Shown piece by piece: positions 54,727 through 64,000 of a stretch of DNA of 64,000 bases; position 1 is the first letter of the stretch; each line of letters opens with the position of its first letter. This stretch comes from an uncultured Planctomycetia bacterium. Lineage in GTDB: Bacteria > Planctomycetota > Planctomycetia > Pirellulales > Thermoguttaceae. The DNA is taken from contig CAWFIG010000022.1 in assembly GCA_963815695.1 (NCBI GenBank), positions 96,648 to 160,647 of the forward strand, read 5' to 3'. The notes below the pieces were generated by a model. It was not told where the DNA came from. It ran no database searches and saw only the letters and a program-made list of their open reading frames with translations. The position numbers and the translations under genes were made by a program.

Positions 54727-56928
54727 TCATTTGCCGCGTTTCTCCTGCCATGCGGTTTTCCGCCGGTCGTTCCCAGCGCGATCAACTCGTCGTCGGTGGC
54801 GATCAGCAGTTTTCCATCGGCGACCAGCAGGTTGCCGCCGGAGGCGCCGATGGCGGCGAGATCGACGACCCTGCCGAGGCCGGGCGGTCTGCTGGTCGAA
54901 GATATACAATTTGTCGCGGGTGGACCAGAGGACGTCTTGGCCGGCGAGAATTCCGCGGCCGTAGCCGGGCCGCTCGGGACCGTCGGGCCAAACGTGCTTC
55001 ACCCGGCCGCGGTCCTCTTCCTTCAGGCTGATCCAGTAGAGCCGCGCTCCGCCGGCGATCAGCCAGTCGCCCGTCGTCGCCCAGCAGTCCGGCGGCGTCC
55101 TCCACCTCAGTGCCGGTTTGCCAAAGAATCTGGCCGGTGGCGGCGTCGAAGGCGAAGATGCGCGGGCTGTCCGGCGGGGCGACCAGCAGCGTGCCGCGAT
55201 CCAACAGGCAGGGATTCAGCTCGCGCCGCCAGTGCGGCGCGAGCTTGGCCAGATCGCCGCGCAACGCGCGGGGATACAGGCTGACCCAGAGCATCCGGCC
55301 GTCGTCGGCCCGCAGGGCCGCCACCGCGCCGAGATTGGTGTTGTAGTAGAGCGTGCCGGAGGAGAGCGTCAGCAGGTTGTGCGTTTGCTCGGGCAGCATG
55401 CCGCGGGCGGGCGTCTCGGCGCCGCAGATGAATCGCCGCCAGCGCAAGCCGGCCGGTGTCGGCGTCGAAACAGGCCACGAACGCCTGCGGCCGGATGTCG
55501 TGCCGGCGCATCGCCACATAGACGCCGCGCTCGTCGGCCAGCGGCGCGCCCTCGAAGGCCCAGCCCTCTTCCGGCGCGATCTTCCAGAGCAGCCGCCCCT
55601 CGGCCGCCAGGTCGAGGCAGACCAAATAGCCGGCCGCGGTCCGGTGCCGCAGCCGCGGGGCTGGGCGGTCACGGTCGAGCCCATGCGGGCGAAGAGCTCT
55701 GTCGCGAAAAACGGTCATCGTAAATCGCGGCGACCCGAAGCTTTCGGTCGGAATGGCCGACTGACCTCTCGCGGCACGGCCATTTCGCTTTCGATAAATC
55801 GCGGCCGTTCGTCCCCACGCCGGCTGGCCGCGTGTCGCATCGCACGGCCAGGACTTGCCGATCGTTGTTGACCAAACGCCAGCCGACCGATCAGAAGCGG
55901 GAAGAAACTCAATGGCTCGCGGGGATCCTCGCCGATAGTAGCTTCGCGCCCATCGGGCCGCTTGGGCGAGCCGTCGGTGCCGGAGCGGGATTCGCCACGC
56001 CACCGCCCCGACATCGACCAGCGACGCGGCGGTCTTGTTGCGCTGCGGATTGCCGGCGAAGGTCAGCCAGTCGGCGTCGAGCGGCGCGGCGGGCCACGAG
56101 CGCGCTTTCGGCCAGCAGCGATTCGAGCAGTTCGACGTATCGGCCCTTCGCGATCGCCGAGCCGGCCCTGCGCGTCGGGATGCAATTTGGCGAAGGCGGC
56201 CAACTCGCCGCGGGCTCGGTCGGTCGCCCCTTCGAGAATTGACACCAGCACGAGCCTCGCCCGAACCGCCGCCAGATCGAGATTGGTGTCGGGATAGCTG
56301 GGCCAGGAATCGGCGGCGACGTTTTGTTCGGGCGGCGATGAAACGGCTGCCGTGTTCTTGTACTGTGCACCGGCACGATCCGCTCCCAATTCCACCGCGC
56401 CGCGGCATAGTCGCCCGATTCCAGCGCCATATCGCCCAAGGCCATCAGGGCATCGTCGCCAAAGCTGCTGGCGAACGCCTGATCGACGATGTTCTGCAGC
56501 GGCTTGCGGTCGCGACTCGGCGATGCCCTGCTCGTACCATTTCTCGGCGACGGGATCGACGCGGCTGCGGTAGAGCTTCAACGCCTCGGGCGGCAGGGAG
56601 GCCAGTCGCAATTGGCACCACTCGCGCAGGCCGATGAAGCGATGCGGGGCGACGCCGAGCAGCTTGCCTTCGGACGTCTCCGAGAGTTGGCGGAGGATTT
56701 CGACGGCTTCGTCCCACTGACGGTCGGCCAGCAGCGGATTGACGCGATCCAATTGAGCCCGGACGGCCGTATCTACCTGGTCGAGTTGGACGGCGTCGGA
56801 GAGCTCGAATTGGCTGCTCGGGAACATGCCGCCCCACTGGGCCGGAGCGACTGCGGCCAGCCGACCGCTATGATTGCAGCGGCGGCGACGGTAGCGGCAA
56901 GCCACGATGTTTTTCGACCAGCCATCAT
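54727..56928 (-). CDS. secreted protein with TPR-like N-terminal region and PQQ-like beta-propeller repeats, many apparent frameshifts
   Basis: Start after GGAGG: MMAGRKTSWLAATVAAAAIIAVG (56928). Fragments 56063..56995, 55909..56445 (ALGDMALESGDYAAARWNWERI), 55107..56408 (YLVCLDLAAEGRLLWKI...GVYVAMRR) and 54803..55684 (LYYNTNLGAVAALRADDGRMLWV...IFAFDAATGQILWQ). Confidence 0.6.
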
Positions 56929-57025
56929 CCTCCAAGTATAAGCGAGAACGGGATTTGGGGAAAGAGAAGGGGCGGCAGTCCAACTGCCGCCCCAACGTCG
57001 CGGGCTCTTTGGCGCCTACGGTTCG

Positions 57026-59101
57026 CTAGAGGTCGAGTCCCATCAGGTACTCGTCGAGCGACTTGCGCAGGTCGTCTCCTGTTCGGTCAGCTCGGCGATC
57101 TCCGCGCTGAGCTTGTCGATCTCCTCTTCCTGCTCGGTGAACTTCTTCACGTAGCTCTTGTAGAGGTCGCTGGTGCGGTCGAGCTGGGCCATGTTCTGGC
57201 GGATGCGGTTCTGGTCCTCGTCGATCTCGTGGATGCGCTGCTCGAGCTGCTGGCGGTCGGCGGCGACCTGCTGCAACTCGTGCTTCCGCTTGACGATCTC
57301 GGCCAAGGCCGCCTTGACCTTGTCGCTGACCACCTTGGCGCTCAGGTAGAATCTGGATCGTGCTGTCGTTGATGTTCGTCAGCCCGATCTGCTGACGCTC
57401 GGTCCGCTCCTCTTCGACCGTCAGCTTGGCCGGCTCGCCCGGCTTGGCCTCGACGGCGAAGCGGTACAGGTCGCGGGTCTTCTCGCGTCGGCTTCTCGGG
57501 CGAGACCAGCGTCCAGGCGGCGTCGATCGGATACTCGATCAGCACGTTTTTCGCCTTCTTGCCGGAGTTCTTCACCGTGTACTCCTGCGACCGCGTGTAC
57601 TTGCGGACGGTAAGCATCGTGCCCTTGACCAGGCGGACGCTGAGCAATTCCTCGGGCTGGTCTTTCGTCTCGGGGGCGACTTCGGTGTCGAGGTCCATGC
57701 CGTAGCTGATCAGCCGCTCGCTCTTGGGCGGCAGGTCTTCGATCTGGGCGTCGCCGGCATAGACGCCGCCGTCGAACACCGTGATCGGGCCCTGCATCAG
57801 GTGCAGGTCGGTGGTGTTGGTGAACCGCAGCCCGTAGAGCGGGTGCTTGGCCTGCACGGCGGCGTTGTAGATGTCGAGACTTTTTCGCCCTTCACGTCGG
57901 CGTTGACGATCGGCAGCATGGCCGACTGCTGCCGCGGCAGGCTGACGGGCGTGGCGATGGCGTACTGGAACAGGTTGCCGACGTTGCCGGCCTGGGCGGC
58001 CGATTGGATGCCCTCTCGCCAACGGCGACTCGGATCATAAAGGGCGGCGGCATTGACTGCTGCATCCCCCGAGCCCGGAGCGACCTGCGGCTGCTCCATA
58101 GTCCGTGAAGCCGTTCGACCACGCCATTTGCCTGTGCTTCGCGACTTGCTCTTCCCGTTTCCCGTTGGCGGCCAATTCCGCCTTCCTGCGGGCCAAGTCC
58201 TGCCCGTAAGCTGCGGCAGCAGCGAGGAGTAAAGCTCCAACTGCACCGCGGGCCGCGGGACGTAGAGCGGCTGGTAGAGGTCCATCGTGAACGAGATCGG
58301 CCGGCCGCTCACCAGCGTCAGGTTGACGTTGTTCCAGTCCTCCTCCGAGGTGTTTTCGACGATGGCCCAGCCTTGCAGGAACGGCTTCTACGTCGGCCAG
58401 CACCAGCCGATAGGTGGTTTTCCAGATCGGGCGGCTTGGATGTAGCCCACGCGAACCTGCCTCGTCCCCTTGCCCAGAAAGCTCAACTCGACCGACTTCT
58501 TGTCGTTCGAGTGGGCCGAGGCCAGCACGGCCAGGGCCTTGCGCAGCTCGGCGTCGAGTTTCTCGTTGTCCAGCTTGATGCGGGCGACCGTGTCGAGTGA
58601 AACGGCGCGAAGGCCCTGCTCGGTCAGGAGATTGAGCACGGCCTGCTCGGTCGTCTCGTGGTCGCCGAGCTTCACCTTGCGGGTTTCGACTCCGAGAATG
58701 ACGCCGCTAAGCTCGTTAGGCGCTTCGACCATGACCCGCTCGCCGCGAAGCTGTTGCAGGAGTTGGGCCATCGTGGGATTGGTGGTCAGATCGATGGCGA
58801 AGCCCTTGAGCGTCTTGGTGATCGGGTCTTTCGAGGCGTAGGTGACCGTCGAGACCCGGCCGCCGTCGAGGTCCTGCACGACCATGCTTTTCAGCAGGTC
58901 GTTGACGTCGGCGGTCTTGAACTTCATCTCGACCTTGGCGTCGCCGGTCACTTGTCCGTCGTGTTCGAAGAAGCCGACGCCGGATGTGAACATCACGACC
59001 TTTTTCAAAGGCAGGTTCGTCTGCTTGGGCGCGTCGGCCCGGGCGGCGACGGCCGTAGCGGCAAAAAACAGCACGGCAAGATACGCGAGGCGATGCGACA
59101 T
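57026..59101 (-). CDS. DUF4139-like protein, multiple apparent frameshifts
   Basis: Start MSHRLAYLAVLFFAATAVAARA (59101). ORF 58388..59158 (VVMFTSGVGFFEHDGQVTGDAKVEMKF...). Fragments 57797..58312 (VSGRPISFTMDLYQPLYVPRP), 57342..58022 (LHLMQGPITVFDGGVYAGDAQI) and a coiled-coil tail 57043..57333. The family call is from memory. Confidence 0.6.
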
Positions 59102-59222
59102 GGCTTCAGTCTCCCTGAAAATGAGTAGAGCGTTGGTTTCGGCTGTTGTTTCAAACACGCGGTGTCTGCGGCGTGGGCGGGGCTAGTGATTGGCCAAGCG
59201 GCAGTCGACCGCCTTGGCGTCT

Positions 59223-59351
59223 CACCCAGTAGGTCCCGCCTGCCGGGCGGGACTTGTGTGCGTACCGTCTCGAGAAGTCCCGCCTGCCGGGCGGGACTTG
59301 CGTGCATACCGTTTCGAGAAGTCCCGCCCGGCAGGCGGGACCTACTGGGTG
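59223..59351. repeat. REP-like palindrome cluster (three GTCCCGCC-N5-GGCGGGAC hairpins inside a larger palindrome)
   Basis: Hairpins at 59233-59253, 59277-59297 and 59321-59341 (the third is the exact inverted form). Two ~44-bp direct repeats. Outer arms cacccagtag / ctactgggtg. Confidence 0.9.
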
Positions 59352-59588
59352 AACGGTGCCCGCGGCGCCGGCCAAGTACAATTTGGCAGTCCACCAGCAT
59401 TATGACGACCATCGAGACAAAATAGTTTCACCCCCCCCGTCGGTGGCGTTGCCGGGGCCGTATTTTCCTTTTTCTCGCCCCCGCGGTAGAATCTGGTGGT
59501 TGTCCCGCCTGGAAGGCGGAACGGAAATTCCTCCGTTCCGCGGCCTTTGTCAGTCTTGCCCATTGCGCACCCACAGATTGGAGAACCG

Positions 59589-60845
59589 ATGATGCTTCGC
59601 CCTCGTACCGTGCGTTTTGTGTTGTCGTTTGCGTTGATCGTCGTGCTGTCGGCCGTCGGTCTTCGCGCCGATGACTGGCCGGCGTTTCGCGGCCCGAATC
59701 GCGACGGAATCTGCCGCGAAAAGGGCCTCTTAAAGCAGTGGCCGAAAGAGGGACCGAAGCTGCTCTGGAAGGTCACCGGTCTGGGCATCGGCAACAGCGC
59801 CCCGTCGGTCGTGGGCAACGTGCTGTATACGATGGGGCAAAAAGACGACAAGGAGTGGGTGCTGGCGCTGGACGTCAGCCGCGCGGGCAAGCAGATTTGG
59901 GCGTCGCCGATCGGCCCGATCCGCAACAACGGGGCGGGCTTCCCCGGTCCGCGGTCGACGCCCACCATCGACGGCAACCGGCTCTACACCCTGGGCATCG
60001 CCGGCGACGTCGTCTGCATGGAATTGAAGCGCGGCCGAATTCTCTGGCATCACGACGTCGTTAAGGACTTCGGCGGCAGGACGCCGAGTTGGGGATACGC
60101 CGAGTCCGTTCTGATCGATGGGCCGTGGGTGATCTGCACGCCCGGCGGGTCGAAGGCCACGATCGCCGCGATCAACAAGAAGAACGGCCGGCTGGTTTGG
60201 GGCTCGCCCGTCGGCGATCCGGCCGCTTATGCCTCGGTCATCAAAGTGATGGTCGGGAAATCGAAGCAGTACGTCAACCTGACGGGAAAGGGCGTCATCG
60301 GCGTTGCTGCAAAGACCGGCAAGCTCCTCTGGCGCTACAACGCTCCGGCCAGCCGCGTGGCCAACTGCGCCGCCTGCGTTACCGCGGGCGACACGGTCTT
60401 CGCCGCCAGCGCCTACGGCACCGGCGGCGGACTGGTTCGCATCGAGCCATCCGGCCGCGGATTCACCGCCGACCAAGTCTATTTCACCAAGAAAATGCAG
60501 AACCACCACGGCGGCATGGTCCTGGTCGACGGCTATCTCTACGGTTGCAGCAACCCGAACCTGCTGACGTGCCTCGACTACAAGACCGGCAAGGTGATGT
60601 GGGCCGACCGCAGTTCCGGCAAGTGCTCGCTGCTCTGGGCCGACGGAATGCTCTACTGCCGCAACGAGAACGGGCCGATCAGCCTCGTCGAGGCCACGCC
60701 GCGCGGCTTCCATCTGAAAGGCCGATTCGACCAGCCCGACCGCAGCGACCGCAACAGTTGGCCCTACCTGGTCATCGCCAACGGCGTGATGTACGTCCGC
60801 GACCAGGACCTGCTGCTGGCGTATGACGTGCGGGGGAACGAGTAG
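59589..60845 (+). CDS. secreted PQQ-like beta-propeller repeat protein
   Basis: Intact ORF 59496..60845; start MMLRPRTVRFVLSFALIVVLSAVGLRA after ggagaa. DDWPAFRGPNRDG, then repeated G.LYT/LW motifs. Confidence 0.8.
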   Translation: MMLRPRTVRFVLSFALIVVLSAVGLRADDWPAFRGPNRDGICREKGLLKQWPKEGPKLLWKVTGLGIGNSAPSVVGNVLYTMGQKDDKEWVLALDVSRAGKQIWASPIGPIRNNGAGFPGPRSTPTIDGNRLYTLGIAGDVVCMELKRGRILWHHDVVKDFGGRTPSWGYAESVLIDGPWVICTPGGSKATIAAINKKNGRLVWGSPVGDPAAYASVIKVMVGKSKQYVNLTGKGVIGVAAKTGKLLWRYNAPASRVANCAACVTAGDTVFAASAYGTGGGLVRIEPSGRGFTADQVYFTKKMQNHHGGMVLVDGYLYGCSNPNLLTCLDYKTGKVMWADRSSGKCSLLWADGMLYCRNENGPISLVEATPRGFHLKGRFDQPDRSDRNSWPYLVIANGVMYVRDQDLLLAYDVRGNE

Positions 60846-60855
60846 CAGAGCGATT

Positions 60856-61158
60856 TCATTTGCCAACGATCACGCGAAGCTGCGCAATTAACGGCGGAAG
60901 ATCGTCATTTACGATGTCCCAAAGTATGTCGAAATCGACGACGTCGTATCCGTGAATCAAGCGGTTGCGCAGGCCGACGACGTCAGGCCAGGGAACGTTT
61001 GGATAGTGGTCACGAGTTTCCGCTGAAAGACGCGATGCCGCTTCGCCGACGATTTCCAGCAAGCGGACCAGCGACAAATTCAGAAGACGGTCGGCATCGA
61101 GATCTTCGCGCGTACGACCTTTCGCCAGATCAACAGCTTCTACTGCATGGTCCAACAT
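60856..61158 (-). CDS. HepT-like (DUF86/HEPN) toxin
   Basis: Intact 100-aa ORF with RNRLIHGYDVVDFDILWDIV (R-x4-6-H HEPN motif). Confidence 0.8.
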   Translation of the reverse strand: MLDHAVEAVDLAKGRTREDLDADRLLNLSLVRLLEIVGEAASRLSAETRDHYPNVPWPDVVGLRNRLIHGYDVVDFDILWDIVNDDLPPLIAQLRVIVGK

Positions 61159-61179
61159 GTGATGGAGACGCGCTGATCG

Positions 61180-61483
61180 TCATGCCGTGTCATACTGCAC
61201 CTCCGCCTCACTGAGCACTTCATCCCTGTAGTACTTGCCAAGAAAGCCGGGGGTATTTAAGTCAACTTTTCGGCCAAACATCTCCGACAATTCTCGCTCG
61301 ATGGCGAAGAACCGCAATCCCACCTTTGCTGCCAGGCTCGAACTCCACCAGGACGTCGACGTCGCTTTCCGGGCGGAAATCGTCGCGCAAAACGGACCCG
61401 AACAGCGCCAGGCGACGGATGCGGTGGCGGCGACAGAATTCGGCAATGCGATCTCTTCGAATATCGATCCCGTGATAGGCCAT
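61180..61483 (-). CDS. MNT-type nucleotidyltransferase antitoxin, one apparent frameshift near 61320
   Basis: ORF 61262..61495 ([51 protein letters not shown]) joined to ORF 61180..61446 tail ([28 protein letters not shown]). Confidence 0.75.
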
Positions 61484-61534
61484 CTTCCGGCTCACCTTGG
61501 TTTTCGGAAAGTTCTTCGCATGTTCTAGAGCGGC

Positions 61535-61822
61535 TCAATCCTGACCAATGGATTGTAGCTCCCGGCTCGGAAACACGTCGCTCGGGCTCTTGCCCGTCAC
61601 CTGCATGTACAGCGAATCGGGGCAGAGATCGACGGTGTCCGACCAGACGAGTTCGCCGCAATCGCCGATTTTCACATTCCGAAACGCGCCATAGTCGTTC
61701 CACAAACAGAACACTCCGCTGCCGACAAGCTCGTGGAGGTCGGCCTGCCCGCGAGTGCCGTCCTCGAATGTCAAGCGGAGGCGGTAATCATCCAAGACGT
61801 CAACGGAGACGATTTTGTGCAT
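61535..61822 (-). CDS. DUF2442-domain protein
   Basis: ORF 61535..61849, start MHKIVSVDVLDDYRLRLTFEDGTRGQADL... A typical DUF2442 N-terminus. Confidence 0.65.
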   Translation of the reverse strand: MHKIVSVDVLDDYRLRLTFEDGTRGQADLHELVGSGVFCLWNDYGAFRNVKIGDCGELVWSDTVDLCPDSLYMQVTGKSPSDVFPSRELQSIGQD

Positions 61823-61866
61823 ATCACACCCTCGCATAATTCGGGCCAAATGCCCCCTCGCACATT

Positions 61867-62475
61867 CTACCCCACTTTCCGCACCACCCCGACCACGACG
61901 CCCAGCACCTTGGCGTTCTTCACGTAGATCGGCTTCATCTTCGAGTTGGCCGGTTTCAGGCAGATGCGGTTCTTTTCGGGAAACCAGCGTTTCAGCGTGG
62001 CCTCGCCGTCGTCGGTCAGGGCGACGACGATCTGGCCCTTGCGGGCGGTGCGCTGTTTCTGCACCACGACGTAGTCGCCGTCGGCGATCTGGTCCTCGAT
62101 CATCGACTCGCCGCTGACTTGCAGGGCAAAGAGGCTTTTCGAGCCGGGATTGAACATTGCCTCGAAATCGACCCGCTCGTCCTGCTCGATGGCCTCGTGC
62201 AGCACGCCGGCGGCGATGCGGCCGGCCAGCGGCATGCCCCGCTCCTCGATCGGCTCGGCGATCAATTGGATCGCCCGCGACATGTTCGGCTCGCGCGAGA
62301 TGAATCCCTTCTTCACCAGTGCCTTCAGGTGGCAGACGACGCCGTTCGGGGAGTTGATGTCGAAATGCTCGGCGATTTCGCGGACGGTCGGGCCGTAGCC
62401 GCGGCCGCGGATCTTGTCGCGGATGAACTTGTAGACCTCCTGTTGCCGCTGCGTCAGTTTATCGAACAATGCCAT
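61867..62475 (-). CDS. lexA: LexA repressor
   Basis: Intact 202-aa ORF. Winged-helix LTQRQQEVYKFIRDKIRGRGYGPTVREIAEHF; cleavage-site region PLAGRIAAGV; S24 peptidase VSGESMIEDQIADGDYVVV...LKR. Confidence 0.9.
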   Translation of the reverse strand: MALFDKLTQRQQEVYKFIRDKIRGRGYGPTVREIAEHFDINSPNGVVCHLKALVKKGFISREPNMSRAIQLIAEPIEERGMPLAGRIAAGVLHEAIEQDERVDFEAMFNPGSKSLFALQVSGESMIEDQIADGDYVVVQKQRTARKGQIVVALTDDGEATLKRWFPEKNRICLKPANSKMKPIYVKNAKVLGVVVGVVRKVG

Positions 62476-62540
62476 GGGTTTTCCCTTCGTTGTTTGTTCG
62501 GATGGCGGATGTGTAGTATCGTCGCTGGGGTAATCCTACA

Positions 62541-62556
62541 ATATACGGGCGTACAT
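62541..62556. promoter_or_regulatory. candidate operator palindrome upstream of lexA (speculative)
   Basis: ATATACG-GG-CGTACAT: 6 of 7 arm positions are complementary. Lies 66 nt upstream of the lexA ATG. It matches no SOS-box consensus I know. Confidence 0.15.
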
Positions 62557-62586
62557 AGTCAAGGCAGTCGCCACGGCGGTTTTGCA

Positions 62587-62655
62587 GTAGGTCCCGCTTG
62601 CCGAGCGGGACTTCCGCCTTCCACGTCCCGGTCCCGCTCGGTAAGCGGGACCTAC
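62587..62655. repeat. REP-like palindrome pair of the same family as 59223-59351
   Basis: gtag-GTCCCGCttgccgaGCGGGAC (62591-62611) and GTCCCGCtcggtaaGCGGGAC-ctac (62631-62651). Confidence 0.85.
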
Positions 62656-63655
62656 AACTCGCCGGCTTCCCCCCACAGCGGGTAGCCTCCGCCGCGGATC
62701 GGGAAATCCGAGCCGCTTGTCGGGCAGAAAGTTCACCAGCGGCAGATTCTGACGCCAGCGGCGGAGATTTCGGCAGAACAGGTGCGTCATGTTGTCGATC
62801 CGCCAGGAACTTTGCCCGCCGACGTGCGGGGTGATGATGACGTTGGGCATCGCCCAGAGCCGGCTCTCGCGGCGGCGGCGGCTCGGGATCGGTTACATCC
62901 ATCACCGCCCCGGCGAGATGGCCGGCGTCGAGCGCCGACGACCAGATCGTCGGTGACGACCAGCGCCCCGCGAGCGACGTTGACCAACAGGGAATCCCGG
63001 CTTCATCCGGGCGAGCTTTGCCGCGTCGATGATTCCCCGCGTCGAATCGTTCAGCGGCAGGCAGAGCACGACAATATCGACCGCCGCCAGCAGATCGTCG
63101 AGCCGATCGGCCGGCCAGAGCGTCTTCGACGCACGCCGGCTTGTCGACCGGGAACATGTCGGTGGCGAGGATGCGAACCTCGAAGGGGGCCAGCAACTCG
63201 GCCAGCCGCCGGCCGTTGCCGCCAAGGCCGACGATGCCCACGGTGCTGCGAGTCAGGTCGCGGGTGGGCCGGCGAATGAACTCCTTCTTCTGCTGGGCGC
63301 GAAGAAACGTCGGCAGACTGCGGCACCAGGCCGTCACCAGCGCGATCGTGTGTTCCGCCACTTGATCGGCCAGCACGCCCGAGGCGCTGGTGACGGCGAT
63401 GTCGGACTCGATCACCGAGGGAACGAGGCAATGGTCCATTCCGGCCGCCGACGACTGAATCCACTTCAGCCGGCCGTGGCGCACGACGCCGTCCCAATCG
63501 ACCGGCACTTTGGCGTGTCCGCAGAAGACGTCGGCCGCAAAAAGCTCCTCGGCAACTCGCTCCTGGCCGGCGTCGACGATCTCGGCCTCGGGCATGGCGG
63601 CGGCGATTTGTTCGACGTGTTTTGGTTCGACCGGGTAGCAAAGGACGATTCGCAT
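62652..63655 (-). CDS. D-isomer-specific 2-hydroxyacid dehydrogenase family protein, multiple apparent frameshifts; 3' end uncertain (62536-62652)
   Basis: ORF 62459..63736 from MRIVLCYPVEPKH (63655), with GIVGLGGNGRRLAELLAPFEVRILATD (NAD-binding fold). Fragments 62902..63225, 62787..62987 (LVNVARGALV) and 62536..62850 (MPNVIITPHVGGQS). Confidence 0.8.
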
Positions 63656-64000
63656 AGGCACAACGGGGGGAGATAAAGCCGCTCGCGGCTTCGCAATGTC
63701 TTCATTTGAAATTTCAGTTTTCCGACATTCCCCCATTCTGCCCCATCGGGCGACTTTCCAACCAGCCCTGGATGATGAAAAAGCGGGAGGTTACAATGGA
63801 GGTTATGGCCGGAGGCGGCGAAAAAGGGGACAGGTCCATTTTTGCCGGAACGGCCCGGAGGGTGCTTCGCACAAATCGGCCTGTCCCCTTTTCCGGCCGG
63901 CAATCCTGACAGTCACGCCTGCAACTGCCCCGATGATAGCCTCACGCCCTCCGTGGGCTAGGCGGCGGCAAGCTTAGAAGGAGCACTGCCCTGAGCAAGA

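Overview
GC-rich chromosomal segment (by eye about two-thirds G+C). Its gene content points to a Planctomycetota, Pirellulales-like genome. Markers are two DUF1559-type proteins, a TIGR03000 protein, PEP-CTERM proteins and an XylR/AraC regulator. There is also an ~18.5-kb co-directional minus-strand string: DUF4139, PQQ/TPR, MoxR, DUF58, a four-helix-bundle cassette, BatA-like, VWA, DUF4175-like, prenyltransferase-repeat and NPCBM. Housekeeping genes are interspersed: pdxA, dtd, accA, truA, asd, a SEDS protein, pcm, pgi, apgM and lexA. Three type II TA-like modules are present: RHH-PIN, HEPN-NTase and MNT-HepT. I saw no rRNA, tRNA, CRISPR array, transposase or integrase. Two things dominate. 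(1) Most genes are split into 2-5 ORF fragments by single-nucleotide indels, which I read as consensus errors rather than biology. Coordinates of those genes are stitched by hand and approximate. (2) Non-coding DNA, and a few coding sites, are packed with small repeat families. These are strict 7-nt tandem arrays abutting start and stop codons, sometimes bracketing a gene in inverted orientation. There is also a G-quadruplex-type 14-mer with 8 exact copies, translated in all three frames. Further families are a MITE-like 112-115-nt hairpin (2 copies), a 67-68-bp tandem hairpin array with compensatory stem changes, and REP-like palindromes. These repeat systems are the most unusual content. No complete novel protein system could be demonstrated from sequence alone.
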